Source of the DNA: Terriglobia bacterium
GTDB taxonomy: Bacteria; Acidobacteriota; Terriglobia; UBA7540
Assembly (NCBI GenBank): GCA_035528275.1
Contig: DATKYV010000010.1
Coordinates: 1 to 52,077, forward strand
Reading direction: 5' to 3'
DNA: 52,077 nt
The position numbers and the translations under genes are program-made. The notes under the pieces were generated by a model. The model saw only the letters and a list, made by a program, of their open reading frames with translations, did no database searches and had not been told where the DNA came from. Positions within the stretch are counted from its first letter, which is position 1. The number at the start of each line of letters is the position of its first letter. Shown one piece after another: positions 1 to 8,686 of the stretch.

Positions 1-3000
1 CTCCGAAAGTCCCAGCTCCCAGGGAATGCCGGCGTGCCGGATGGAGGAGACGGGTGAGGCGCCGGTGCCGCCGTCATACCCGCTGATGAGGATGACGTCG
101 GCGTGTGCCTTCGCCACTCCCGCCGCCACCGTGCCCACGCCGGACTCCGCCACGAGTTTTACGGAGATTCGCGCCCGCGAGTTGGCATTCTTCAGGTCGT
201 AAATCAGCTGCGCGAGATCCTCGATGGAGTAGATGTCGTGGTGGGGCGGTGGTGAGATGAGCTGCACGCCGGGGATCGAGAACCGAATCCGCGCCACCAC
301 TTCATCCACCTTGTGGCCGGGCAACTGGCCGCCTTCACCGGGCTTGGCGCCCTGGGCGATCTTGATCTGCAGTTCATCGGCGTTGACCAGGTAGTTCGTG
401 GTGACGCCGAAACGTGCCGAAGCCACCTGCTTCACCGCGCTGCGGCGCAGGTTGCCGCCGGCGTCGGGGAGGAACCGCGCCTCGTCCTCGCCGCCCTCGC
501 CCGTGTTCGATTTGCCGCCGATGCGGTTCATGGCGATGGCCAGCGTCTCGTGCGCCTCCCGGCTGATCGAGCCGAATGACATGGCGCCGGTGGCAAAGCG
601 CTTGACGATCTCGGAGGCGGGTTCCACTTCTTCCAGCTGAACCGGCGATCCGGCGGGGTGGAATTCCAGCAGGCCGCGCAGGGTCTGAAGGTCGCGGTTC
701 TGCTGGTTGACAAGATTCGAGAATTCCCGGAACGACTCGAACTTCTGCTGCCGCACGGCGTGCTGGAGCTTGCTGATGGTCTGCGGATTCAGCAGGTGCC
801 GCTCGCCGCGCACGCGGAACTGGTAGTCGCCGCCGATGTGAAGCTCGGTGTCCGACTCCGTCGGCGGCTGCATCGCGAATTCGTGCTTCATCATGGCTTC
901 GCGAGCCAGCACGTCCAATCCCACGCCCTCGATGCGCGAGGGCGTGCCCGCGAAGTATCGCTCCACCACCGCGCGGTTCAGCCCGATGACTTCGAAGATC
1001 TGAGCCCCGAAATAGCTCTGCAGGGTCGAGATGCCCATCTTCGAGAAGACTTTGAGCAGGCCCTTGTCCACCGCCTTCCGGTAATTCTTCAGGACCTTGT
1101 CGAAGGTGTAGTCGGGCGGGAACTGGCCGCGCGCGTGCAGGTCTTCGAGTGTCTCGATGGCGAGATAGGGATTGACCGCGCTGGCACCATAGCCGATGAG
1201 CAGGGCGAAGTGCATCACCTCGCGCGGCTCGCCCGACTCCACGATGAGCGCCACTTGGTTGCGCGTCTTTTCGCGGATCAGGTGGTTGTGAACGGCCGAG
1301 ACGGCCAGCAAGCTGGGAAGGGGCGCGTTGTTCTGGTCGATGCCCCGGTCGGAAAGAATCAGTATGGTGTAGCCCGACTTGATGGCGAGCGAGGCCTGCC
1401 GGCAGAGTTCCTCGACCGCCTTCTCCATCTCCGCGGCTCCGTCCACGCGGCACAGCATCGGCAAGGTGGTGGCGAGGAAATCGCCGCGGCTGACGCGTCG
1501 CAGCTTCTCGAGGTTCCAATTCGTCATGATGGGATGAGTGATCTTGAACGTGTGGCAGTGCTGCGGTGTCTCATCCAGGATGTTGCCTTCCGAACCGATG
1601 TAGCTGTTCAGCGACATCACCAGGTCTTCGCGGATCGGGTCGATGGCCGGATTGGTGACCTGGGCGAACATCTGCTTGAAGTAGTTGAAGAGCATTTGCG
1701 GCTTGTCGGAAAGGCACGCCAGCGGAGTGTCGATACCCATGGACCCGACGGGCTCCTGGCCGTTCAGCGCCATGGGGATCATGACGTGCCGGAGATCCTC
1801 GTCCGAATAGCCGAAGGCGCGCTGGCGCATCAGGATGGTGCGATGGTCGGTGGGCTGCACGCGCGGTGGGTCCGGCAACTGCTTCATGCGGATCTGGTTC
1901 TCCTTCACCCACTGGGCGTAAGGCCGGCGTGCGGCGAGCTCGCGCTTCACTTCTTCATCGGGGATGATGCGTCCCCGCGAGGTGTCGACCAGGAACATGC
2001 GGCCGGGTGCCAGGCGGCCCTTGAGGACGATCTCCTCCGGGTTGATGGGCAAGACCCCGGTCTCCGAGGCCAGGATCGCCAGGCCGTTCTTGGTCACCCA
2101 GTAGCGCCCCGGCCGGAGTCCGTTACGGTCCAACTTGGCTCCGATCACTTGCCCGTCGGTAAAGCAGACGGCGGCGGGGCCGTCCCAAGGTTCCATCAGT
2201 GAGGCGTGATACTCGTAGAACGCCTTGACGTCCTCGGGCATCGTGGGGTCGTTTTCCCAAGCGGTCGGGATCAGCATCTCCATCACGTGCGGCAAGCTGC
2301 GGCCGGCGAGCATGAGCAGTTCAACAGCATTGTCGAGGCTGGCAGAGTCGCTCCCGCCCGGCGTGATGATCGGCTCGAGTTTCTTGATGTCGTCGCCAAA
2401 CAGCGGTGAGGCGAGCACCGACGTCCGCGCGTGCATCCAGTTGATGTTGCCGCGCAGCGTGTTGATCTCGCCGTTGTGGCAGATGTAGCGATACGGGTGC
2501 GCCAAGTGCCAGGTGGGGAAAGTGTTGGTGGAAAAGCGCTGGTGGACCAAACAAATCGCGCTTCGCACTTCGGGGTCCGAGAGTTCTCGGTAGAAGTCCG
2601 CGATTTGGGGCGCGAGCAGCAAGCCCTTGTAAACGATGGTGCGCGAGGAGAGCGAGGAGATGTAGAAGAAACCCTTCTCTCGGAGATCGGATTTGGAGAT
2701 TTCGGTTTCCGCGCGCTTGCGAATGACGTAGAGCTTACGCTCCAGCGCGCCGGAATCCATGCCGTAAGCCCCGCGAATGAAGACCTGTTCGATGTAAGGT
2801 TGCGTGCTGCGCGCCAGGCGGCCGATGGCGTTGCCATCGATGGGGATGTCGCGCCAACCGAGGACGGTCAAGCCCTCCTCGCGCACGATCTCTTCGACGA
2901 TCCCCTCGCAGGTCATGCGTTCGTGTTTCTCGACCGGGAGGAACACCATGCCCACGCCGTATTGGCCGGGAGAAGGCAGCGAGAAACCCAGCGGCCTGCA

Positions 3001-3234
3001 CTCGGCCTCGAAAAAGGCGTGGGGGATCTGGATCAGCACGCCCGCGCCGTCGCCCGTCTCGGGGTCGCACCCGCAGGCGCCCCGATGCGTGAGGTTCACC
3101 AGGATCTGGATGCCCTTCTGGATGATGTCGTGGGACTTGCGGCCCTCGATGCTGGCTACAAAGCCGATCCCGCACGCGTCGTGTTCGAAGCGTGGATCGT
3201 AAAGGCCCTGGACTGGTGGCAGACCATGCTGCAA
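1..3234 (-). CDS. gltB: glutamate synthase large subunit, N-terminal ~1078 codons; the 3' end runs off the window
   Basis: Reverse-strand translation from 3234 reads [65 protein letters not shown] (amidotransferase Cys1 motif). At the window edge it reads [40 protein letters not shown] (FMN-domain motif). There is no in-frame ATG after the upstream TAA, so TTG at 3234 is the nearest plausible start. With no stop in the window, the ORF track omits it. Confidence 0.95.
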   Translation of the reverse strand, partial: MQHGLPPVQGLYDPRFEHDACGIGFVASIEGRKSHDIIQKGIQILVNLTHRGACGCDPETGDGAGVLIQIPHAFFEAECRPLGFSLPSPGQYGVGMVFLPVEKHERMTCEGIVEEIVREEGLTVLGWRDIPIDGNAIGRLARSTQPYIEQVFIRGAYGMDSGALERKLYVIRKRAETEISKSDLREKGFFYISSLSSRTIVYKGLLLAPQIADFYRELSDPEVRSAICLVHQRFSTNTFPTWHLAHPYRYICHNGEINTLRGNINWMHARTSVLASPLFGDDIKKLEPIITPGGSDSASLDNAVELLMLAGRSLPHVMEMLIPTAWENDPTMPEDVKAFYEYHASLMEPWDGPAAVCFTDGQVIGAKLDRNGLRPGRYWVTKNGLAILASETGVLPINPEEIVLKGRLAPGRMFLVDTSRGRIIPDEEVKRELAARRPYAQWVKENQIRMKQLPDPPRVQPTDHRTILMRQRAFGYSDEDLRHVMIPMALNGQEPVGSMGIDTPLACLSDKPQMLFNYFKQMFAQVTNPAIDPIREDLVMSLNSYIGSEGNILDETPQHCHTFKITHPIMTNWNLEKLRRVSRGDFLATTLPMLCRVDGAAEMEKAVEELCRQASLAIKSGYTILILSDRGIDQNNAPLPSLLAVSAVHNHLIREKTRNQVALIVESGEPREVMHFALLIGYGASAVNPYLAIETLEDLHARGQFPPDYTFDKVLKNYRKAVDKGLLKVFSKMGISTLQSYFGAQIFEVIGLNRAVVERYFAGTPSRIEGVGLDVLAREAMMKHEFAMQPPTESDTELHIGGDYQFRVRGERHLLNPQTISKLQHAVRQQKFESFREFSNLVNQQNRDLQTLRGLLEFHPAGSPVQLEEVEPASEIVKRFATGAMSFGSISREAHETLAIAMNRIGGKSNTGEGGEDEARFLPDAGGNLRRSAVKQVASARFGVTTNYLVNADELQIKIAQGAKPGEGGQLPGHKVDEVVARIRFSIPGVQLISPPPHHDIYSIEDLAQLIYDLKNANSRARISVKLVAESGVGTVAAGVAKAHADVILISGYDGGTGASPVSSIRHAGIPWELGLSE

Positions 3235-3370
3235 CGGACTATCTCCTGTGACCGTCTGACTCGCAGAAGCCAAGCTCCCGGAACGGACACCGCTGCCTTC
3301 GCTTACACCCTTGATGGCGGCAGCTTTAACTGATTGTCTCCAAATGCTCGAGGCAGGTGAAATCAGAAAT

Positions 3371-3389
3371 ATTTATCCCGGGGATAAAT
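3371..3389. promoter_or_regulatory. perfect 9-1-9 palindrome ATTTATCCC-G-GGGATAAAT, a candidate protein-binding site upstream of gltB
   Basis: Read directly. It is an AT-rich perfect inverted repeat in otherwise GC-rich intergenic DNA, about 140 nt upstream of the gltB TTG start. Confidence 0.35.
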
Positions 3390-3530
3390 CCGACGAAGGG
3401 GCACCAACGCATTACTGGCTCGCGAGGTCAAGAAGGGCGAGCAAACCCTCACCTTGCGCAACGACGAGGGCATACCGCTGTGGTCGAGGAGCCGCTGGCG
3501 GTAAGAACCCAGGGTGGCTTGGGTCTGGCA

Positions 3531-3564
3531 GGGGAGGACGGCATGTGGTCCTCCCCTTTGTTTT
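3531..3564 (+). terminator. rho-independent terminator-like hairpin with no plus-strand gene upstream
   Basis: GGGGAGGAC (3531-3539), an 8-nt loop, GTCCTCCCC (3548-3556), then TTTGTTTT. The reverse strand has no T-tract, so it is plus-strand specific. Confidence 0.55.
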
Positions 3565-3611
3565 GCCCGTGCGCGTCGTCGCCCGCAAACGGCGGTCCGT
3601 CGAATTTCTGC

Positions 3612-3641
3612 TTGACTTCATTATGAGCATATGCTCATAAT
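3612..3641 (+). promoter_or_regulatory. sigma70-like promoter TTGACT-N18-CATAAT overlapped by the perfect 20-bp palindrome TTATGAGCATATGCTCATAA (3621-3640)
   Basis: TTGACT lies at 3612-3617 and CATAAT at 3636-3641. The palindrome spans the spacer and the -10 element, and the ATG of the next gene is at 3668. This is the classic geometry of a repressor operator. Confidence 0.55.
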
Positions 3642-3667
3642 GCATCTGTTGCGGGAAGCGAGTAGAC

Positions 3668-4516
3668 ATGCCCAGACCACCCCTTTGCCGCCGCATAGCT
3701 CAAAACCCTGGTGCCAACTACTTCAAACCGCGAGGCATTCCTCTCCACGAGCTCGAAGAAGTCGTGCTGGCCGTTGACGAACTGGAGGCATTGCGCCTGG
3801 CGGACCAAGAGGGGATGTATCAGGATCAAGCGGCGGAGCTGATGAAGATCTCGAGGCCCACCTTTGGCCGGATCGTTGAGACCGCGCGCCGCAAGGTGGC
3901 CGAAGCCTTGGTGGAGGGCAAAGCCTTGAGGATTGAGGGAGGGAATTTCGAAATGGCAGACTTGCGGAGTTTCCAGTGCAGCGAGTGCGGTCAGACGTGG
4001 CAAGTGGCGTTTGGGACGGGTCGGCCGACGGAGTGCTCGGACTGCCACAGCCGCAAGATTCACCGTGCCGCCGGGGGTCGCGGTGGGGCGCGGCCCGCGC
4101 GCAAATCCCCAGGGAGGAAACGCATGAAAATCGCGGTGGCTACATCCGACGGCATTCATATTTCGCCGCATTTCGGCCGCAGTTCGCATTTCCTGGTTTT
4201 CAGCGTCGAGGAGGGAAGAATCCTCGGCAAGGAACTGCGGAGCAACACTTTCACTGCCCACGCCCGGGGCGAATGCCACGGCGACGGGCAACACGATCAC
4301 GGCGCGCACAGCCACGCCTTAATCGTACAGGCGCTTAGCGACTGCGGAGCCGTCCTCTGCTACGGCATGGGATGGCGGGCCGCGGAAGCACTGGGCCAGG
4401 CGGGGATCCAGCCCTACCTTCTGAGAGAGCAAGCCACTCCGGAACGGGCCGTCGCCTTGCTCCTCGACGGCAAGTTGCAGCCGGCGAGTCAAGATTTCTG
4501 CCGACAGCATGAGTGA
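3668..4516 (+). CDS. fusion protein: DUF134-type HTH domain + CxxC..CxxC zinc ribbon + NifB/NifX-like cofactor-binding domain
   Basis: The N-terminus (CRRIAQNPGANYFKPRGIPLHELEEVVLAVDELEALRLADQEGMYQDQAAELMKISRPTFGRIVETARRKVAEAL) is DUF134/UPF0251-like. FQCSECG...ECSDCH is a zinc ribbon. MKIAVATSDGIHISPHFGRSSHFLVFSVEEG... is NifX/NifB-like, with a His-rich insert HGDGQHDHGAHSH. Confidence 0.8.
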   Translation: MPRPPLCRRIAQNPGANYFKPRGIPLHELEEVVLAVDELEALRLADQEGMYQDQAAELMKISRPTFGRIVETARRKVAEALVEGKALRIEGGNFEMADLRSFQCSECGQTWQVAFGTGRPTECSDCHSRKIHRAAGGRGGARPARKSPGRKRMKIAVATSDGIHISPHFGRSSHFLVFSVEEGRILGKELRSNTFTAHARGECHGDGQHDHGAHSHALIVQALSDCGAVLCYGMGWRAAEALGQAGIQPYLLREQATPERAVALLLDGKLQPASQDFCRQHE

Positions 4517-4701
4517 AGGGCGCGCCGGTCAGGAGGTGGACCAAGGATTCTCGGACGCCCGTGCAGGTGCTCACCCATTCAGTTGAGGTGAGTTCTTATC
4601 TCGAAGCGATGCAATTCGGCGCGTTGGACTACATGGACAAGCCCGCCAGCGCAAACGAGGTCCTGAAGCTGGTGGCCGCACGTGTTCGCAGCCGGAACTA
4701 G
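4513..4701 (+). pseudogene. remnant of a response-regulator receiver domain (C-terminal part only)
   Basis: TPVQVLTHSVEVSSYLEAMQFGALDYMDKPASANEVLKLV matches the beta4-alpha5 end of REC domains (xVIxLTaxxxxxxxxxAxxxGAxDYLxKP). The N-terminal half with the phosphoacceptor Asp is absent. Confidence 0.55.
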
Positions 4702-4721
4702 ACCATCCGGCAGGTGCCGCT

Positions 4722-5471
4722 ATGCCGAAACTAGCGTGGGTGGTGATCTTCAGCTTGCTGGGCAGTCTGGGGGTGGTTTTGGGAGCGGGGGTGCTGCTGC
4801 TTTCTGTGGCGGAAAGACGCCGGCGCTTGCTTCCCAGCCTCGTCAGTTACGCAGTAGGGACGTTGCTCGGGGCTGCTTTTCTGGGGATGCTTCCGCGAGC
4901 ACTTGAAGGGGGGCGTGTTAGCGCGGTGCTCTCAACCACGCTTTTCGGTGTCGTCCTGTTTTTCATTCTGGAGAAATGGGTTCTGTGGCGGCACTGTCAT
5001 CAGGCCGAGTGCGATATCCACTCTTCGGCCGGGCCGCTGATTCTGGCCGGGGACGCGTTTCACAACTTTGTGGACGGGTTTGCGATTGCAGCTGCCTTTC
5101 TGGCCTCGGTTCCACTAGGGATATCCACTTCCTTGGCGGTGATTGCCCACGAGATTCCTCAGGAACTCGGGGATTTCGCCATCCTGCTGGACAGTGGCTA
5201 TGGCCGAAGTCGCGCGCTCGTCTACAATCTGCTTTCCAGCGCAACGACCCTGCCGGGAGCATTGATTGCCTATTTCGCGCTTTCAGCGCTGAGCAGGACT
5301 ATCCCTTACGTCCTGGCCATTTCCGCCGCCAGCTTTATCTATATTGCCGCCGCCGACTTGATTCCTGGTCTTCACCGCGAGATGAGTCCCCACTCCGGCC
5401 TGCGGCAGATGGTGTTACTGCTGGCCGGGATCGTCACCATCCTGCTCCTGCGAATGGTTGATATAAGTTAG
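4722..5471 (+). CDS. ZIP family (ZupT/GufA-like) divalent metal transporter
   Basis: Polytopic membrane protein carrying the ZIP signature HEIPQELGDFAILLDSG. Confidence 0.85.
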   Translation: MPKLAWVVIFSLLGSLGVVLGAGVLLLSVAERRRRLLPSLVSYAVGTLLGAAFLGMLPRALEGGRVSAVLSTTLFGVVLFFILEKWVLWRHCHQAECDIHSSAGPLILAGDAFHNFVDGFAIAAAFLASVPLGISTSLAVIAHEIPQELGDFAILLDSGYGRSRALVYNLLSSATTLPGALIAYFALSALSRTIPYVLAISAASFIYIAAADLIPGLHREMSPHSGLRQMVLLLAGIVTILLLRMVDIS

Positions 5472-5524
5472 AAGGGGGAAAGGGACGTGCCGCCGCGGCG
5501 AGTCCCGAGGGTCTCTCTTTCTCC

Positions 5525-5570
5525 AAAAAAGGACCAGAGCAAGAGAATCCCGCTGCGGCCCGCGGGTCCC
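5525..5570 (-). terminator. possible terminator after the OsmC-ending operon
   Basis: On the minus strand, a GC-rich imperfect hairpin (GGGACCCGCGGGCCGCAGCGGG...GGTCC) is followed by T6 (A6 at 5525-5530 on the plus strand). Stem pairing is ambiguous. Confidence 0.3.
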
Positions 5571-5577
5571 TCCGGGG

Positions 5578-6033
5578 TTATGCCGCCGTGGCCACGCGAA
5601 AGTCCGGAAAAATCTTCACCTGGGCCGTGATCGAGTTTGTGATCAAGCACTTCTTGTGGGCGCTTTCGATGATTTCGCGGGCCTTGGAAACGTCATCTTG
5701 TGACTTCACCACGATGTGTGGGTGAAGGAGGATTTCGGTGAAACGGTAACTGCCTTCCTGGAATTCCAACACACCTTCGGCGTCCGATTCGTAAGCGGCA
5801 ACGGCCAGGCCCTTGTTCTCCGCGAAGGCCGCGAAGGTCATCAGCGTGCACACATTGACGGAGGCCACGAACATGTCTTCCGGAGTCCAGATTCCCGCCT
5901 CGCCCCTGAATTCCGGGGGACTCGAAACCTCCACATCAGGCTTGCCCGACGAACAAATCACACCGCGCCGTCCTGATTTCCAGCGCACTTCGCTCTCAAA
6001 TCGAAAGACCTTATACGTTTTCTTGGCTTCCAT
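5578..6033 (-). CDS. OsmC/Ohr family peroxiredoxin-like protein
   Basis: MEAKKTYKVFRFESEVRWKSGRRGVICSSGKPDVEVSSPPEFRG...PEDMFVASVNVCTLMTF...HKKCLITNS is OsmC-like with two conserved Cys. The start at 6033 is preceded by GGAGGA; the 20 N-terminal codons in the ORF track look spurious. Confidence 0.8.
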   Translation of the reverse strand: MEAKKTYKVFRFESEVRWKSGRRGVICSSGKPDVEVSSPPEFRGEAGIWTPEDMFVASVNVCTLMTFAAFAENKGLAVAAYESDAEGVLEFQEGSYRFTEILLHPHIVVKSQDDVSKAREIIESAHKKCLITNSITAQVKIFPDFRVATAA

Positions 6034-6089
6034 GGAATCCTCCGGCGGCCGAGGTGAGGTTAGCCTGATAACGCAAAATGGCCCCCACA

Positions 6090-6392
6090 TCAAGAAGAGA
6101 TGCCCGGAGACGCGCTGGCGTTACGGGCATCGGCGCGGAGGCGACGCATCGCCTGGCGGAACTCTTCCTTGCTGGGAAACGAGATGGCCTTCTCATGGCA
6201 AAGCTGGGCGCAACTATCGCAGCCCGGAACGCATCGGTAAGGATGGGCCACAACCGGACGCCCGGAGTTTCGATCCCACTCGAAGACCTCCGCAGGGCAA
6301 AAGTTGAGGCATTTCAGGTCTGAAAGACAGATGGAGTAGTCGATTTTCGGGAACCAAGGGAGTTTTTCCCTGAGATGTTCCGAGTTTTCCAT
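6090..6392 (-). CDS. small ferredoxin-like Cys-cluster protein
   Basis: MENSEHLREKLPWFPKIDYSICLSDLKCLNFCPAEVF...RCVPGCDSCAQLCHEKAISFP has two Cys clusters (C-x5-C-x3-CP and C-x3-C-x2-C-x3-C). GGAGG precedes the ATG at 6392. Confidence 0.7.
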   Translation of the reverse strand: MENSEHLREKLPWFPKIDYSICLSDLKCLNFCPAEVFEWDRNSGRPVVAHPYRCVPGCDSCAQLCHEKAISFPSKEEFRQAMRRLRADARNASASPGISS

Positions 6393-6477
6393 CAGCGTGA
6401 ACCTCCGTTCTTTCCTTCCTCGTGCCAATCGCGCAACCCCCACCGACGAGTCGACCGCCGGCGGGCACAACCTCCGC

Positions 6478-6777
6478 TCATGCTGCCTTTGGGCCGGGCG
6501 TCTTCTTTACCACGTCATCCCGTCGAACGCCCTCGGCCAAGAACGACCGGTAAAGCTCTTCGAGGGATTTTGCATAGACCGCCTCGAAGCCGGGCTCAAT
6601 ATAGTTGCCCGCCGCCCGCACCCCGGAAATGAGTCGCTCCTCCAAACCTGGTTGCCCGGGCCGCCAGCCCTCGCGGTAAACGTCCTCGAGCAGTTGGTCC
6701 AGGCCCGTCAATCCCGCCTTCGAAGTGCCGATTTTGATGATTCGGACGCCGCGATTGCCGCAGCAAGACCGACCCAT
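6478..6777 (-). CDS. hypothetical 99-aa protein with N-terminal vicinal cysteines (MGRSCCGN)
   Basis: The ORF sits in operon context with coding-like composition. I do not recognise the family. Confidence 0.6.
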   Translation of the reverse strand: MGRSCCGNRGVRIIKIGTSKAGLTGLDQLLEDVYREGWRPGQPGLEERLISGVRAAGNYIEPGFEAVYAKSLEELYRSFLAEGVRRDDVVKKTPGPKAA

Positions 6778-6858
6778 GGTGCCCTTCCCGACGGCGCTGG
6801 ATTCCAGTCTCCCTCCGCTGGCGCCGTCAGGAATGTGACGGCTCCGAGCAGTCTCCTG

Positions 6859-7554
6859 TCATGAGAAGACACCGAATATGTAGGCCAGCGAGAAGTAGAT
6901 TCCGACCAAGACGAAGATCCCTCCCGTGACGCGGCGGGCCCACTTTTCTATTTGCGTCAACTTATTGAACGCCTTGCCGACCCACTGTGCGCCCAGGCCG
7001 ATGAGGATGGCGAAGGCGAAGACCGGCAGACCCGTCCCGATGCCGTAAAGTGAAGGCAACGTCACGCTGGAGCCCGTATTGAGGGCGAGCGGAATCAGGC
7101 TGCCGAAAAACAGCGCTGCCGAGACCGGGCAGAACGCCAGCGCGAAAATCATCCCCAGCGGCAGGCTCCCCCACACGCCCGCCGACTCCGCCCAACGCTG
7201 GAGCCTCTCTCCTCCGACCGAAGTCGAGAAGCGCAGCGGGATCACATCCAGGAGGATGAGGCCCACCAGGAGCAGGAGTGGTCCCAGGACCTTGTTCATA
7301 TACGTCTGAAGAAACATCGCCACTTCCGGAATAGAAAGCAGACTGGCCACCAGCAGGGCGCTGAGGATGAGATAGGTGAGCGTTCGCCCGAGGGTGTAGA
7401 GAATCCCTGTGGCCAGAACGCGGCGGGCGCTTCCCACCCCGCGGGCAATGAAGGAAATCGCCGCCACGTTGGTGGCCAGCGGGCAGGGACTGATGGAAGT
7501 GAGGATGCCCAGCCAGAGCGCCGTCGCTGCTGCGAGAACGATTCCTTCGCTCAT
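6859..7554 (-). CDS. DsbD_2/CcdA-like polytopic membrane protein (ArsG-family-like)
   Basis: GILTSISPCPLATNVAAISF and FCPVSAALFFG motifs sit in a hydrophobic protein. This resembles proteins annotated as ArsG-family permeases or DsbD_2 (from memory). Confidence 0.8.
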   Translation of the reverse strand: MSEGIVLAAATALWLGILTSISPCPLATNVAAISFIARGVGSARRVLATGILYTLGRTLTYLILSALLVASLLSIPEVAMFLQTYMNKVLGPLLLLVGLILLDVIPLRFSTSVGGERLQRWAESAGVWGSLPLGMIFALAFCPVSAALFFGSLIPLALNTGSSVTLPSLYGIGTGLPVFAFAILIGLGAQWVGKAFNKLTQIEKWARRVTGGIFVLVGIYFSLAYIFGVFS

Positions 7555-8027
7555 GACGCCTCCAGGTAGGACCGCACTTCATCCTGGACGTAGCGCTGGA
7601 AGGCGTCCTTGCGGTTGACCAGTTCCCAGACGCGGCGCAGGTTCTTCCACTCCGTCTGCTTGCCGTCCTTGAGCTTCACGACGATGACCGACTTGGTGAA
7701 GAGCTGGTAGTCGCCGACGAAATGGCGGTTCGCCCGTTCTTCAATGTTCACCACGCGCCATTCCAATTCTCCGCTCTTCAGTGCGCCGGCGAAACCCTGT
7801 TCAAGGGCTTCCCCGGAAAGAGCCTCGATCTTCCGACACGTGCTGCATCGGGCGTTGGTATGAAAGTAGTACGCAATGACTTTGGGGGAGGACGACTGAT
7901 GTTCCGCTGGTAGGGCAGGGGGCGAATCGGCCTCCGCGGCGCGGGGAGTCTCGCGGATGACCATGACCGCGACCAGCGTTGCCAGAGAGAGCAGCAACGA
8001 GACCTTGACGATAAATTGCGTTTTCAC
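7551..8027 (-). CDS. membrane-anchored thioredoxin-like protein (ArsF-family-like)
   Basis: An N-terminal TM segment is followed by KVIAYYFHTNARCSTCRKIE (CxxC). Its stop overlaps the start of the downstream gene by 4 nt (ATGA). Confidence 0.7.
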   Translation of the reverse strand: MKTQFIVKVSLLLSLATLVAVMVIRETPRAAEADSPPALPAEHQSSSPKVIAYYFHTNARCSTCRKIEALSGEALEQGFAGALKSGELEWRVVNIEERANRHFVGDYQLFTKSVIVVKLKDGKQTEWKNLRRVWELVNRKDAFQRYVQDEVRSYLEAS

Positions 8028-8066
8028 CAGATTCCCTCCTCCGTTTGATGCACTCCTGGATGGGGC

Positions 8067-8357
8067 TCAAATCTGCGAGCAACCGCAGCCGAGACCCGGG
8101 CCAAAGGCCGTCGCCTCGGATTCGAGGATCTTCTTAACCTCGCCGACCGACGGAACTTGTCCTTGGATCTTGACTTCTCCGTCCACGGCGAGCGCCGGAG
8201 TCCGCATCACGCCGTAGCGGAGGATGACGCCGATGTCCGAGATCTTTTCGAGCTTGTACTCCAGCCCTAATCCCTGCGCCGCCGCCTTGACGTTCGCGGC
8301 TAACTTCTGGCAATTGGGGCAGCCCGGGCCCAGGATGTCCAGTCTCATGGGAATCAT
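8067..8357 (-). CDS. thioredoxin-fold 'redox-active disulfide protein 2'-like protein with a C-terminal GCGC tail
   Basis: MIPMRLDILGPGCPNCQKLAANVKAAA...TPALAVDGEVK has a CPNC active site and ends ...GPGLGCGCSQI. GAGGAGGAG precedes the ATG at 8357. The upstream 96 codons of the track ORF belong to a different, decayed gene. Confidence 0.8.
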   Translation of the reverse strand: MIPMRLDILGPGCPNCQKLAANVKAAAQGLGLEYKLEKISDIGVILRYGVMRTPALAVDGEVKIQGQVPSVGEVKKILESEATAFGPGLGCGCSQI

Positions 8358-8376
8358 CTGCTCCTCCTCGTGGTGC

Positions 8377-8645
8377 TCAATACCTGGCGGTACGAGGAGG
8401 CTCAGCCCTCGTGCTCTTCTGCCGCCGGCCCGACCACGGCCGCCTGAGCCCCGGCCTCCTGGCGCAACTGTCGCAACCCAGCACGCAATTGTTCGGTTGC
8501 GAGACGACGACCCGCGCCGTCTCTTCTTCCCAGGCGAAGACGCCGCTCTTGCAGAAGTCCAGGCAATCCTGGTCGGCGATGCAGGTGTCGTAATTGATGG
8601 TGGGGAACCAGTGGATTTTTCCCGCGGAATCGTCACGCTCGACAT
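8377..8645 (-). pseudogene. frameshifted, degraded paralog of the ferredoxin-like gene at 6090-6392
   Basis: MSSVTIPREK (ATG at 8645) continues in another frame as IHWFPTINYDTCIADQDCLDFCKSGVFAWEEETARVVVSQPNNCVLGCDSCA. Nucleotide alignment with the paralog (gaa aaa ctc cct tgg ttc vs gaa aaa -tc cac tgg ttc) shows one missing base at an A5 run near 8616-8620. The final Cys / AISFP segment is also missing. Confidence 0.6.
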
Positions 8646-8686
8646 AACAGGTCCTTTCGGTCCGTCTCCGCGCCAGTCGCCGGCGC

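Noticed and set aside
658-2202. 514-aa plus-strand ORF, and other track ORFs between 313 and 3333
   Set aside because: All are antisense or out of frame relative to gltB, whose minus-strand translation shows unmistakable glutamate synthase motifs across the whole interval. The listed translations are Arg/Ala/Gly/Pro-rich low-complexity sequence, typical of shadow ORFs in high-GC DNA.
3311-3640. Plus-strand ORFs 3311-3640 and 3357-3626 as protein-coding genes in the gltB / DUF134 intergenic region
   Set aside because: They read through a strong terminator hairpin and the downstream promoter and palindrome, and their translations look random. The region is better explained as regulatory or non-coding RNA.
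6778-6861. The TGA stop of the ArsG-like gene is in frame with the downstream SCCG protein ORF (possible readthrough or selenocysteine fusion)
   Set aside because: Being in frame has a one-in-three chance. I saw no SECIS-like hairpin, and the intervening 27 codons show no conservation cues. The downstream ORF has its own ATG and a purine-rich site.
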